This document shows, piece after piece, positions 38,507 through 51,540 of a stretch of 64,000 nt of DNA. The DNA comes from Octopus bimaculoides. Its lineage: Eukaryota. Where the stretch lies: positions 57,178,068 through 57,242,067 of the forward strand of contig NC_068995.1 of assembly GCF_001194135.2 (NCBI RefSeq). The letters are read 5' to 3'. The notes under the pieces are model-generated. The model was not told where the DNA came from, ran no database searches, and saw only the letters and a program-made list of their open reading frames with translations. The stretch's first letter is position 1. The number at the start of each line of letters is the position of its first letter. The translations under genes and the position numbers were made by a program.

Positions 38507-38575
<69 letters not shown>

Positions 38576-39327
38576 TGCTCTCACTGCTACAAATTATTCG
38601 AAATATACTTATGATACAGCAACTAAGAATCAGACGAGGGCAAACTCAATTCTAAAACTTGTAACACAGCATTTCTTCTTTTGCTCTTGTTCTTTTATCT
38701 AAACTATTTCGCATTCATTGTTTATCTTGTGTGTTCTTTATTTTTGCATTTATGGGTCATTAATTTAAATTCTTATCAAATAACTTTGAACATTAATCAC
38801 TTACATGCTAGCCAAACCTTACTACTATTTGTTTTATTAAATTAATATTTCTATTCTACAGTCAGTAGATGTTTCACTAAAGTTCTTCATTCTGTGCTAT
38901 TATTAAAACTATTTCCCTGTTACTGCTATTGGATGGTCTTGGAGCAAATCAAATCAGAAATAAATAGTTCGATATGTGCATCTTTCTGTTTTTATTCATT
39001 GGTTGTGTTTTCTTGACAATATTTAAATTTACCCCATACCAGAACTCTCCACAACTCCATCCAATTTCTCTTCTTGCACAAGTCTTTTGTTGTTTGTAAT
39101 ATTTTTCTCCATTTAATTATTTTATGTCTATAGTTTTTACATAACAACAGTCCATGTTCTGAAGACAAAAATATAGTTAGTTTCAGCACCATCATCATTA
39201 CCATCATCACCACCACCACTATTAAGTGATTCTTCCATGTGGCTGTTTATATTCTAGCCATTATTTCTGATCATTTAAGACGTGATATTGTTAATACAGA
39301 CAACAGTAAAGTAAAATAGAGAAATGT

Positions 39328-39505
39328 ATCTTGTGCTTGTTTCAGTCATTGGACTGCAGCCGAGCTGGAGCGTTGCCTTGAAGGATTTAATCAAATTGAC
39401 CTCAGTACTTTTTTTTTTTTTTAAACTGGTATTTATTTTATCAGTCTCTTTTGTTGAACCAATGAAGTTACAGGGACATAAACAAACCAACACCAGTGTG
39501 TGGGG
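39328..39505 (-). mobile_element. SINE family A, 3' half
   Basis: CTTGTTTCAGTCATTGGACTGCAGCC...GTTACAGGGACATAAACAAACCAACACCAG. Confidence 0.75.
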
Positions 39506-40642
39506 GGAGAGGGGGAGACAGACAAAGACACATTAATACACTTTTGGGAATACATAACCTTGTTGTATATCAAACTAGATTACTTTTCAAGTAAGACTTA
39601 TTGTAATGACAAAGATATATTCCTGTTCATTTTACCTTGTAGCTTGGTAAAAATAATAAGCATGTTCATTCTGAAAACATTCTGCCAGATTTTCAAATAT
39701 GGTTCTTGCAGTTGGACCAATAAGCACTGAGTAGTGTCTCTGAAGAAGCACAGGCCTGCCAAAATATTAGTCATTTAGAGTCAGCTATATCACTGAAGCG
39801 TGAGTGTTGTCAACAGAGTCTAAAAGGAGGAAGATATTGTTCACCAAAAATGAAATCCAATAGCAAAAGACATATTAATGTCCAAGTTTGCTGGAATTTG
39901 TTAAGGATGAATATTACACAGCATTATTTTGATTCTTGGTGTTTCGTGTGCTCATAATAATTTCATATTGGCATTTTCTCAATGGGTCATTTTTTTTTTC
40001 TCTCTTCCGTTCACTTTTAGCGTACTTATTTTTGTTTTATAAATTCTTAATATTGTTTGTCACTCTTCGAGGAGTCCTTGTGTGTATGTTTGTGTGTGTG
40101 CATTTGTGTGTGTATATGAAACTAATTATGAAATAATTTTGAGAAGAAATATTTATCTATCTATATAAAACCCTGATTTATATTTTTTTCTCTTTTTTTT
40201 TATGCTCTCTTGATTTTAATCTTTAAGCTGTTCACAACATGGGCCAGTGACAGGCAGATTTGTTATTGCAGAGAAAGACAGTGTTGTTGAAATAGCTGGC
40301 TGGTGTTATAGCAGTTTTCTAGTTGTCAGTACAAGCAGCTTAAACCTAGCCTTGTTTTCTAATCTTTTGATGCTGAGGATTATTTCAATTTTCAGATCTA
40401 CTACATCATACTTATTTAATACTGCCTATACTAAATTTTGGCTATAAATAGTCATGTAACTCTGTCTGTATGCTTAGGTGAGTTATTAAAGAAAAGAGGT
40501 CTAATAATTATGGCTGTACATACACCCTGTCACTCTCTCTCTCAAACCCAAACACAAAATTCTTTTTAAAATTCACATCTTGCCTTGTAGAAAGTAAACT
40601 AATTTCACTTAGAATTCTTTCTTGCAAGAATTTGGTTGGAAC

Positions 40643-40933
40643 AAGTGGTTCTCAACCGTTTGTTTTATCTGTAGACCCCTTTGATTCCTATTTTATTCAG
40701 ATGGACCCCCTACCTCCCACGTAGCCATTCGATGTTTAAAAAATCCAATTATAGTTTTACAATTAAATATTATTAGGACTTGTATAGAAAAAAAAAAACT
40801 GCTAAAATATTTTGTGCATTGTAAAGTTGTAACCAATTTATTGCAGATCAATTTTAAGAACAAATTCTTATATGGACCCTCAAGAACCATATGGACCCCC
40901 AAGGGCCAAAAGGACCCTGGTTGAGAATCACTG
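40643..40933. mobile_element. hAT/Charlie-like MITE
   Basis: TIRs AAGTGGTTCTCAACC (40643-40657) and GGTTGAGAATCACTG (40919-40933), with subterminal TGGACCC repeats. TSD degenerate. Confidence 0.75.
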
Positions 40934-42319
40934 GTCTAAAGTTATTTGTCTTCAACATAATATGGAAGGAATTCTTTCTTTTAGGCAGTCATATTCTTTC
41001 TGTTCAATCAGCAATGGCACCAGTAATTTTGTTCTTTTTTGTTGGCCTTTGTCTTTCCGTTATCCCTGATTCTATCAACTCACCAAGTATCATAGAATTA
41101 ATAATTTTGGTAAATTGAGTTGATGTTAGAAATTACAATTATAAACAAATTTGGATCTTTCTGAAGTCACCAACCAAAATGATAGCTTATAAAGAGAGGG
41201 GGTGGTGGTGTGTAAAGATATAAAGTTAGTTCACTTCTTCAACTTGCTGATTTGATTAAGACCGATTTATGTTGAAGACAGGCTGTGGCTCATTAAATCA
41301 ACCTCAGCATATAAATGATGTTTGTGTTTTTTTAATGTTATCATAACATAAAAAAGGCAATGTCCTCTTCATCTTTACAATTTCATCAGTTTTTATTTTT
41401 TGAGCCAGTTCCTTAACCCTGATTCATCATTAATTAAACAATGTTTTAGTGAGCTCACCCCTTCCATTTCTTGGGAATATACACTAGTAAATATTATTTT
41501 ATGGAGCCCTTGATTATTATTGTTTCTGTTGTTGTTGCTGTTGTCAATATTATCATCATTCCAGAAGGTACCGTAGTGTGTTGGAAGCTCTCTGCAGCCA
41601 TTTTTGGTTTCTCCATTAGAATCCTTTCACTTATGTTGCTAATACTCCCGGGAAAGAGTGGGCAATAACAGCTTTTTCCCATTTAACCTGAACATGTTTC
41701 AGGCTTTATGATTATGCAACAAACATTATCAGCATTTTAAATATAGATTAATGTGTATACGGATTTAAATACATCGTAGTGTTTATTTTAATATAGCATC
41801 TTGTATAGTTTGAGTTAGTATATATATATATATATATATCTATATATATATAATGGCATGGTTGTATGGTATAAAGCTTGCTATTCTTCAAATCGAGCTT
41901 TTATCATCTTATATGTGGGAACACACGTTTAATAATGTGGTCATGCATCAACTTTGGAAAAAACGATGAAATTGTCTTACCTGGAATATCTCTGGTCACA
42001 AAACTGATTGATTTGCTCTGAACTGGGACTAAACAGCAAAGACATGTGTTTATGTTGGGCGGTTGGAAGAAAACAAAAGTAAGAATTGCATATTACAAGA
42101 GGAAGAATAAATTATGTGAAAATATTTAGCCATGATGATGCAAAAGTTGCTTGTTTCGGATATTAAAGTTAATTACATGTTTTACACTGAAGTAATTGGG
42201 AAATATGTTTAAAGTACTTATACACTGTATTTCATAAACATTGTAATAATTTGTTTATCCTTTATTGTAATGACATCTGAGAAATCTTCATCCTCATTTC
42301 AATGCTTGTGTGAGTCAAA

Positions 42320-42400
42320 TGAGTGTTGTTGAAGCAGATTTTTGCTACAGCAGGATGCTTTTCCAGTTGCCAACCCTGTTTTCAAGTGAGGTAATATTCC
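42320..42400. mobile_element. Retroposon 3'-UTR-like fragment (GGATGCnnTTCCnGTTGCCAACC motif)
   Basis: GCAGATTTTTGCTACAGCAGGATGCTTTTCCAGTTGCCAACCC. A related motif occurs in 63205-63420. Confidence 0.45.
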
Positions 42401-42692
42401 CCTTTGTCCTTTCAATAGCAAAACAGTTCAATAGCTGGGCATAGTTGGACTGTAAACAAACAACACTGATTTTGTATGATAGTGACTTTACAGTTTTTGC
42501 TTATATGTCAAGACAAAGGAAACACACACACACACGCACACATCATTATTATTATTGTTTCATTGTTCACATCTTCATGCTTGCATGGGAACAGATCCCT
42601 CCTTGGCCAGATGTTATTCCTGTCTTTCTCTTTCCCTCCCACTCCATCCTTCTCTCTCCATCTCTTCCCCATCTGTGTGTGTGTGTGTGTGC

Positions 42693-42732
<40 letters not shown>

Positions 42733-43251
42733 AAGAAAAATGAAAATTAGAACCACAAGTATTCTTCCATTGGGAATATTATTAGAGTTACTTTGTAAGA
42801 AAATGGACTTTTCTGGAGAGATGGGAAGATGGTCAGTTCAACAGTTAGCCTGTAGCTAAGTTTAGTTGTTTGTCATTTATCATTTGGTGAAATAGAGCTG
42901 AAAGTGATATGAGAACACCTTAGCAAGTCAATGATTCTAGCCTCAAGCCATATTCAGGCATTTCAAGAGTTCCTGCTACAGGGCCTGTCTTCAGTTATCC
43001 TGCTTCTCTTTCTGTTTCATTAGATTGAAATGTCTCTGGTTAAGTGAGTCGGATTTTGCCCATTTACTGCACTATCTCCCAGCATAAATTCCTTCACAAT
43101 TGTCACCATTATTAAAAGGAAATATTATTCTGCAATTGGATTGATTCTATATCTAACTGTTCATTGATTCTCATTTCTGGAGTAATTAGACATTAAATGT
43201 TAAAATCTAAAGCTGATTCTGGATAAAAAGAGAAAAATGTAATATTTGTAG

Positions 43252-43465
43252 ATAATTTTGTTACCATGTTTCTGTTGAAATACAATGTCCTTTGATTAAT
43301 TATGAAAATAATAAAGGATTTAGTAAAATAACTTTTGTCATTATTAAGCTGGTGTTTAGAACCTAACATGAAATTTTGTGGGAGGTTTTGACTTGGCTCA
43401 CATTAAACAGGAAGTTTATATCATAGAGACAGGGGTTTCGGGCAGTTTCGTATCAAAAGGGTTAA
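43252..43465. mobile_element. piggyBac-like MITE, family 2
   Basis: Ends AAAAGGG-TTAA (43455-43465). The internal sequence matches 56194-56422 in inverse orientation. The left end is decayed. Confidence 0.6.
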
Positions 43466-44739
43466 AGTGTTATTTTAGTAATTTTTAAAAAAAGAATATG
43501 TATTTGCCAGTTATCAAGATAAGTCTGTGACTAAGTCATTTAAATTTATTATTAATTAATGTAAACTATATTTACTGACTGCCTTGAATTTTCATTGCAA
43601 AACAAGGAATCTGTTATCCTAAAAAAAGATCTGTTTGATTCTTTGTTATATTTATAAGCAATATTCTATAACTTCTCAAATAATGAAGCTAAGAACCAAC
43701 TATTGCTACCTCTATGTCAGCACAAATTTTAATTTTAGTGACCTTTTCATGGTGTGTGAAGACTGCCTAAACAGCAAATAGTAAATATAATCTTTATTTA
43801 ATTTGTAACACACACAGCTCATATACACCCGTGTGTAATTGTGTGTGTGTGTGTGTTTGTGTGTGTATGTGTATGTATACAAGGGCATTTCTTTCTATAT
43901 GTATGTGTAACAAAAAAAAGAAGAATTAAGACAAACAAATAAATAGGTAAAGCAAATCAGCTTTAAGTTATCATGACATAAATGAAGTGGGAGTGGTTTA
44001 TCACATTTTAATATTTTTAATGCAGGTTTATGTGTGTGTTAGTGTGTATATGCATAGGTGTGCGTGTGTGTGTGTATGTGTATGTATATATCTCTATATT
44101 TTTTTTTTTTTGAAAGCGATAATTACTTAATTAAGGTGATTGACTACCATTAGTTTAGCGCCTGTTTTCTTTATTTGATTACTCTACCTGCTCACTCGTT
44201 AAGTCCTACAACATATAATTTGCTGCCGAGTTAGTAATGGTTGTTTCACTTGATTCTTGACCTTTCACTCATCTCACCAACGCCAAGAGAGCACTTTCAT
44301 TTTCACCTGTCTGCCTGATTAGTGTTTGGCATTTGGTGTGATTTCTTCACTTGTTTCTCACCTGTAAATATTCTTTGAATCCTCTTGTAAGAAAAGTTGA
44401 TATAAATCCTTGTTAGCATCACTGTCAGCATCACTGACTCCATGCAGTATCCTGCTTGTATATATAATATATACTCAAACAGTTACTTACCAATTTGCTG
44501 GCGAACGCATTAATAACTATATGCGATAACTGAGTTTTTTTTCCATTTCACTTATCAGTGCTAAATCCAACAGTGAAGTCATATCTTAATGGCCATGCCA
44601 CACACACACACACACACGCACACACACACACTCCAATACAAACCACATAATATAAACATATATCCTGCTTCCTCACTTATCAAAAGACATCTCTGTTGTG
44701 TGTTGATACATCCACATGCATGCACTTTCCTTTCCCGCA

Positions 44740-44795
44740 TTAGCAACTGGCCATGTTCACTGTAACCCATGCCAGCATGGAAAAATGAACACTAA

Positions 44796-44830
<35 letters not shown>
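44740..44830 (+). mobile_element. LINE/SINE 3' end with (GAT)n tail
   Basis: AACCCATGCCAGCATGGAAAAATGAACACTAAA(TGA)n. An inverted, longer homologue lies at 63205-63420. Confidence 0.6.
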
Positions 44831-44836
<6 letters not shown>

Positions 44837-44884
44837 GATACTAATCTATCTGCTGTGCAAATACATGGTTCGTGGTTCTGTATC

Positions 44885-45235
44885 TTTTACTCTTTACTTA
44901 TTTCACTCACTGGACTGCAGCCATGCTGGAGCACCATCCAGAAGGATTTAATCGAACAGATTGTCCCCAGTACTTATTATTTTTTTAAGCCTGGCACTTA
45001 TTCTATGGGTCTCTTTTCACCAAACCACCAAGTTATGGAGACATAAAGAAGCCAGCCCCAGTTGCCAAGCGGTGGGTGGGTCGGACAACCATGAAGACAC
45101 ATGTGTATGTATAATATATACATGATGGGCTTCCACATAGTTTCTGGCTAACAAATTGACATGGCATTGGTTGGCCCAGGGCAGTAGTAGGAGGTATCTG
45201 CAGTGAGAATTAAACCTGAAACTATGCCTTAGGTT
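44885..45235 (-). mobile_element. SINE family A, near full length, diverged
   Basis: GGACTGCAGCCATGCTGGAGCACC...CTGGCACTTATTCTAT...GATGGGCTTCC...GGTTGGCCCAGGGGC. Confidence 0.7.
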
Positions 45236-45542
45236 CAACTCCTCTAGTAAAAAACCACCCTTTTTATTACCCCCCGTTAGATTCTGCTTGAAGACTAATC
45301 TTTTATGACATCTGACTATCCTAGTGTTCTTAAAGTGTTGTTCTTTAATAAATTCTATTCAAATCTGTGAATTATTTTTTTTTTTAATTATTAAGAAACA
45401 AATAAGCAACTTGTTTAAAATATCCAATGAAAATACAGTGGTTCGGATAGTGAAAAGGATAACCTTCTGCCCAGAAGGTTATCAGGTTCAAACTCCGCTC
45501 TGCTATCATCACTACATTGTGCCTTCAGGCAATGCTCACTAC

Positions 45543-45575
<33 letters not shown>

Positions 45576-47023
45576 GCTCTTCACATCATTGTGACTGAGT
45601 GACAATGGATACCTTTATCGTTTCATATGTTAAGTGCTTAATCATAAGCTGTGAAAAGCACTGAGCTGTAAAAGTACTTGTTTCGACAATTCTTAAGCAA
45701 ACAACAAATATCCAAATTTTCTCAAAAAAAAAAAAGACAAAAACGTATCATCCTCTTTATTGATAATTGCATCACAAGATATAAAATGGAAAATATAATC
45801 ACAGAACCCCCCTCCCCACACAAACTGTTACAAAAAACAAAACAAAAAACAAACTTTATTTATATACTAGTTTGCTACTTAGTTTCACCTAATGCCATTT
45901 GTAGTCTCTCTCTCTCTCTCTCTCCCCTCTCTCTCTCATAGTATTTACTTTCCAATTGTATTGTTAAAGGTTTTAACATTTTGTTAAAAGAAATTCCCTA
46001 GAGCTTTGTTTTAAGTTTTCCTTTTATGGAATATCTCCCGTTCCTTTATAGAAAAATTTCTTTCTTGAAATGGTCATTCCACAGATTCGGATCCTGCTTT
46101 TTTCATTTAACCATCTGCCCACATCCTTTCCTACTATTTTGTATTGCAAGTTTATTTTTNNNNNNNNNNCCACTTCCATCTTAAGTGAAAACTGTTCATT
46201 TAAATTGTTTTTCTTTTTTTTTTCTATTCTTACAAATTAGCCTTCAAGTGTCTCTTTTATTTAAATGTTTTTCTTTCTTTCCTGCCACTAGTTTAACTTT
46301 TCTTTTTATTAGTTTCAGTTTCTTTTTTTTAATGATTTATTTCCCTAATTTTTTTTTCCTTTTTTATTTCTTTTCTCAGAGATGTTTCAAGTAGTTATGC
46401 TATATTTTTAAAATCACAGTTGCCTTTGAATATATTCTGATTTCACTTCAATTCAGACCATTTTTCAATTAAATACCTTTTGTATGGAACTAGTAAGGAA
46501 CCTTATACAACTCTATTCACTTTGATTTGTTTATTTTATTTTAGTTTTTTAATTTTTTTTTTAGTCTCCAAGTAGTTCATAAAATTCTATATAATTGTCA
46601 TGGTATGAATAAATTCTTTATTAGTTGTTGCTCAAGGGTTTTCTTCCTTTCATCTGCCTAATTAGCTTTTACTCTAACAATGCCGTGAACACTGGATTGC
46701 CAAATCTTTTGTTCCCTCACCTTATTCTGCTTTCCGAAATAAAATACTCTTCTACAACTAACTACCTGTTATATATTACTATAAGGTTGTTGCTTTTTTT
46801 TTATTTTGGAAAGATTATGGTTTTAGGTATGATAGTAATATTATCTTTTTTGCCTAAGATAATAATTTAATTGTTTTTTTTTTTTTGTAAGAATGGTGTT
46901 GATAGTAATTTTTTTCTTTAATTAAGAATGACTTACATTTATTTACCAGTTTGTCTAGACCTGTAAATATTAATATGATAATGACTGGTATTTGAACTAA
47001 AATGGTGGGAAAATGTCTTTTAT

Positions 47024-47277
47024 AAGTGGTTCTCAGCCATTTTTCTACCCTTTGATTACTATTCTATTCTGGTGGACCCCCACTCATAGCCAGTCAATGT
47101 TTTATGGATACTTCTTACAAAATTCCTATTTTGTTTTTCACACATTAACTCGTATAGGTTAGCAATAAGCTTTGAGAGAACATGTTTCAGTTGCTGGAAA
47201 CACGTTAATTTGCTTATAAGGGCACTGTCCCCCCACCACACCTCCAATCTTATATGGACCCTGGTTGAGAGCCACTA
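47024..47277. mobile_element. hAT/Charlie-like MITE (second copy)
   Basis: TIRs AAGTGGTTCTCAGCC / GGTTGAGAGCCACTA. Shares TATATGGACCCTGGTTGAGA with 40643-40933. Confidence 0.7.
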
Positions 47278-47832
47278 CTCAATATTGTCACTCATCCTAT
47301 AAGAAAAAAATGTCAAATTTCCTTAAATCACAACATGGCATCTAAATAAAGCCAAGATATATTGAATAATAAAGTCTTAAATATCCCTAACACACACACG
47401 CAAACAAAAAGACCCCAAATAAAACTAATTGTAACAGCAATGCCATGCTTGATCAAGTTTGACCCAAAGCTAAACAACAACACCTTTTTCATAAAGTGAT
47501 GATTCTCCAAAACTTTATCCTCTTGGCTGTTTAGCTTCTAATCATGTTTTACATAGGGATTATTTTTTCCCTCTTGAGCTTGGAGGCAAACATAAAACGA
47601 TATTACTACTCACGTAATTCATTGTCAGTCATTTGGAGCATCATTGAAAAAGTTGGTCTTCACGTAGCATGGTAAGGGCAAATCTTAAAAGCCATCACAT
47701 TATAAGGCACAAGACATTCATACGTGAAGGTGTGCAAATCAAAACAAGGTTATAGGCTTCTCTGCCAGCACTTTGCACCAAATGTCTTAAGTATTAAAAT
47801 TAAATACCACAAGTTCATTGAACTGCATACAG

Positions 47833-47865
<33 letters not shown>

Positions 47866-47944
47866 GCATATTGATGAAGATAATAACCATTGCAATTTCA
47901 GGGAATGTATTTTTGAATAATAGTAATTCACAAGTAGGAACACT

Positions 47945-48165
47945 TGTGTGTGTGGTGGGGAGGTGTTTCCCCCACACCACCACTGCTTGACAACAGGTGT
48001 CAGTGTGTATATATGTCCCTGTAACTTAGAATTTCGGCAAAGAGATTGGTAGAACATGTACTAGCCTTAAGGAAGAATATATAAATACTAGGGTTGATTC
48101 ATTCAGCTAAAATTCTTCAAGGTGGTACCCCAACATGGCCACAATCTAATGGCTGAAACAAGTAA
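47945..48165 (+). mobile_element. SINE family A, 3' half
   Basis: CCACTGCTTGACAACAGGTG...GTCCCTGTAACTTAG...CCCCAACATGGCCACAATCTAATGGCTGAAACAAGTAA. Confidence 0.8.
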
Positions 48166-48976
48166 GCAACAGACAAATAATAGAATAATAAGTTAAGAGG
48201 ATTTTGAAATATGATCATTCTTCCCTAAAAGTTATTCCACTTTGGAACATTATATATGTGTGTGTGTGTTCTTAGTGAAACATCCTTTGCCCTCCATTTT
48301 TTTTTGTTTTTTTTTCTCTTTTACTTTACAAAGTGTTTGCATTTGAGGAAGAAGATTTATAAATGGAAGGAGTGTTTAGATGCTGTCTCTGTGTGATGTT
48401 GTCACTATTACCTTTTCATTCTTGTATAATTACAGTAGGTTTCAGTGGATACAATCAAACAGATCAGGGGGAGACTACTACACATTGCGAGGATACTGTC
48501 AGCCTATTAGGTAGGAGTCTGCTAGTGTTTTGTTGGTCAAGAGTTCTTTCTTGTTATGTTAGCATTTAATGAAATTTAGACATCCCTCCTTTTCCTCCTC
48601 CTCCTCCTCCAAACAACTCTGCTTCCTCTTGTTCTACCCTAACACCGATCTCGTTCTCCTTCCTACCTCTGTGTTGGTCTGTCTTTATGTACCTACCTAC
48701 CTGCCTCCTTACCCATTCGTTCTATGATTTGTCGTTTAGTGACCATTAATTAATCTACTGCATGGTTATTGTTGGATTTCTTTGCTGGTTATTGTTGTAG
48801 CTGTTGTTGTTGTTGTTGTTTGCTAGTTCCAAGCTGTTTCTTTGAAGCCAAATTTTGTTCCAAAACAACCCGTCGGTTGCCTGTTAGTTGCATGTCTCTT
48901 TCTTTCTCATTCACATACACACACACACATGTATGTGTATGTGTATACACATACATACATCCAGATATCTTTTATC

Positions 48977-49340
48977 TTTTACTTGTTTCAGTCTTAGAGT
49001 GTGGCCATGCTACAGCACTGTCTTGAAGAATTTTTTTTTTAGTTGAACAAATCAAACCCAATACTTTTTTTAAGGCTGGTACTTATTCTATCAGTCTCTT
49101 TTCCTGAACTGCTAGGTTATGGAGATGTAAACACACCAATGCTGGTTATCAAGCAATGGTGGGAAACAAACAAAACACACACACACATATATGACAGGCT
49201 TCTTTCAGTTTCCCTCTGCTAAATCCACTCACAAGGTCTTGGATGGCCCGGGGCTATAGTGGAAGACACTTACTCAAGATGCCATGCACTAGGGCTGAAC
49301 CCCAAACCATGTGGTTGGGAAGCGAGCTTTTTACCACACA
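48977..49340 (-). mobile_element. SINE family A, full length (tRNA-like head, internal (CA)/(TA) tract)
   Basis: Reverse complement of head TGTGTGGTAAAAAGCTCGC...GGTTTGGGGTTCAGCCC...GGAAACTGAAAGAAGCC plus the 3' half ending GAAACAAGTAAAAG. Confidence 0.85.
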
Positions 49341-50301
49341 CACATATATATTTATGGCACTGTGGATTAGAAAGACTACAAAGTCCTTTTATTTCTCCAG
49401 TAACTCTGCATTACTTGTCTGTTATGAAATGTACGATTCAATTCAGATAAGATTGTTTTCTTTTTCTTTCTTTCTTCACAGGGTTACTCTGAATGTGGTT
49501 TGTTGTATAAATATTCTCATAGAAATTTACTGATAAGATATAATAATCTTTACTGCTCTTTGATATGAACAGAAGTTTAATTTATTTAGAATGTTGGACA
49601 TTCTCGTCAAAGTTTGGCTGTTCATACAAAGCAAGTTCTTACAGACTTTCCTGATAGCTAAGAAACTTCAAGGGAATATTTAATAGTTTAGAAGTATTTT
49701 GTTTCAATATTTTTGCTCTCAAATTTCTTTCCATTTTTTTCTTTTTTAACCATTTTTTTCCCTACAAATAGTTTTCTTATACATGGCTTGGATAGTTCTA
49801 AAAATTTTCTTACTTGCATGAAATGTTTAGATCAATTCTTCTTTGTAGCTTAGCAAATTGACTGTGAAATTTTAAGTTGTGCTAGTGCAAAAGGATTTGC
49901 CTTATATTTGCCTGATTCTTACAAATATGTAAAACTATTGGTAAAATTTGACAAATTATGAATGAGATGTTCTTTTTATTTCCTTATTTTTAATCTAATT
50001 CCTTTTAATTGATTATCTGTAATATGCTTGTTTATTAAACTTTGGATAAAGAAGCAAGTTTTAATTTTTCATTTTGTGATTTACATTTAAGATATTTCAT
50101 ATCATGAATGGCAAGAAGCACTGTCAAGAAATGCATGACCATCACAGATTCCACATTTTTTTCTTGAAACATAAAATATGAAAGAAGAATTTAAGGTTAC
50201 AGTTATTTTGTAAATAGTTAAGAGTAGAATGGAAATATGCCTTTGGTGAAAGAAACTTTCATTTCACATTTGTAACCATTTCATTTAATTACTAATTTCT
50301 C

Positions 50302-50533
50302 TTAACCCTTTAGTATTCAGATTTTTTCTATCAAATGTAACACAAAAATATTAACATTTAAAAAAAAATTTAATCATGCATTATCTTATAGCATTGAGAT
50401 ATTGATGATGTGAAAGTTTATTTTTAGAATGACATTGTAAGGTAGGTGTGAGAGGCCAGATCTGACTAGGATCAACATAAAATGAGTGGAATATTTGGGC
50501 CTGATAGGGCCAGTTTAAATGCTAAAGGGCTAA
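50302..50533. mobile_element. piggyBac-like MITE, family 1, complete (~224 bp)
   Basis: TTAA|CCCTTTAGTATT...AATGCTAAAGGG|CTAA. The TIRs match at 11 of 12 positions, and CCC/GGG termini with a TTAA target are piggyBac hallmarks. Confidence 0.75.
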
Positions 50534-51508
50534 AGTTATTTCTTTTTTTTGTCCCTTTGTTCTCAAAATAAAATATAAGAAATGAAATTAAACCCTTTAA
50601 AAGGGTTAAACATCATTCCTATTGAAAAAAAAAAAATAAACAATATATTTTGTAGTTAGAAGTTGAGGCAATAAAGAAAGAGTTCTCCATTCTTTTTCAT
50701 TGTTGAAATGGGATAAAATTTAAGGACCCTAATTCCTTGTAATTTACATGTATTTATCTTCTGTCTTTCACTTGTTTTAGTTATTGGATTGCAGCCTGTA
50801 CCTTTTGTCTCTAAGTGAATGCCAAATGCTTTCACATGTCAGTGTATTATGGGATTAGAAATATTTTTTGAAAACAATTAAAAATGTGTCTGTTACCCCT
50901 TTATCAGCTTCACCCCTTTATAGTCCAGAATTCATATAAAATTTTCTATCCCCTCCAACCTCTCCTCGGGGCACAATACTGTCCATTTTGATAAGAAGCT
51001 CAACTATTTTCTCTGGCAACCTGTTGCCATTAAGTTTATTGTATGTTAAAATGATGTTATAACATCAAAATTATATCAACTGCATTAGTCCTAATCAGTA
51101 GAACCCTGTTAGACAATTTCCTCCAAAGTTGCATGAATTCAAGAATCTAGGGTGGGAAAGCAGTGAAGGGGGTAGGTGGTATAATTATTCAGTGCAGTGT
51201 TTTATTTTTTTTGCATTTCTTTTTTTTTTTATGTACAGAATAGTATTTTTTTTAGAATATAATTTCCCATTATTATTCCTTTGGAAACCATTTTCCATGT
51301 TTTAACAATGCACTGTTCTTGGAATCTCAAGATTTGATTTTCCCCTGGCAATGTGTCTTGCATTAAGCAAATTCATTTCAATTAGAATATAAAAGGACAA
51401 TCACCAACAATTGTTTCCTTCATAATTTAAATTAAATAGTTTTGGCATTTAGTTTAATAATCTTATTCTGCAGAGTTGAATGAATAGAGGTGAATTTTAA
51501 GGATCTCG

Positions 51509-51540
<32 letters not shown>

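Noticed and set aside
48439-48510. Plus-strand exon-like segments (48439-48510; also 29296-29325)
   Set aside because: Plausible splice signals, but no recognisable peptide, and they cannot be chained into a gene.
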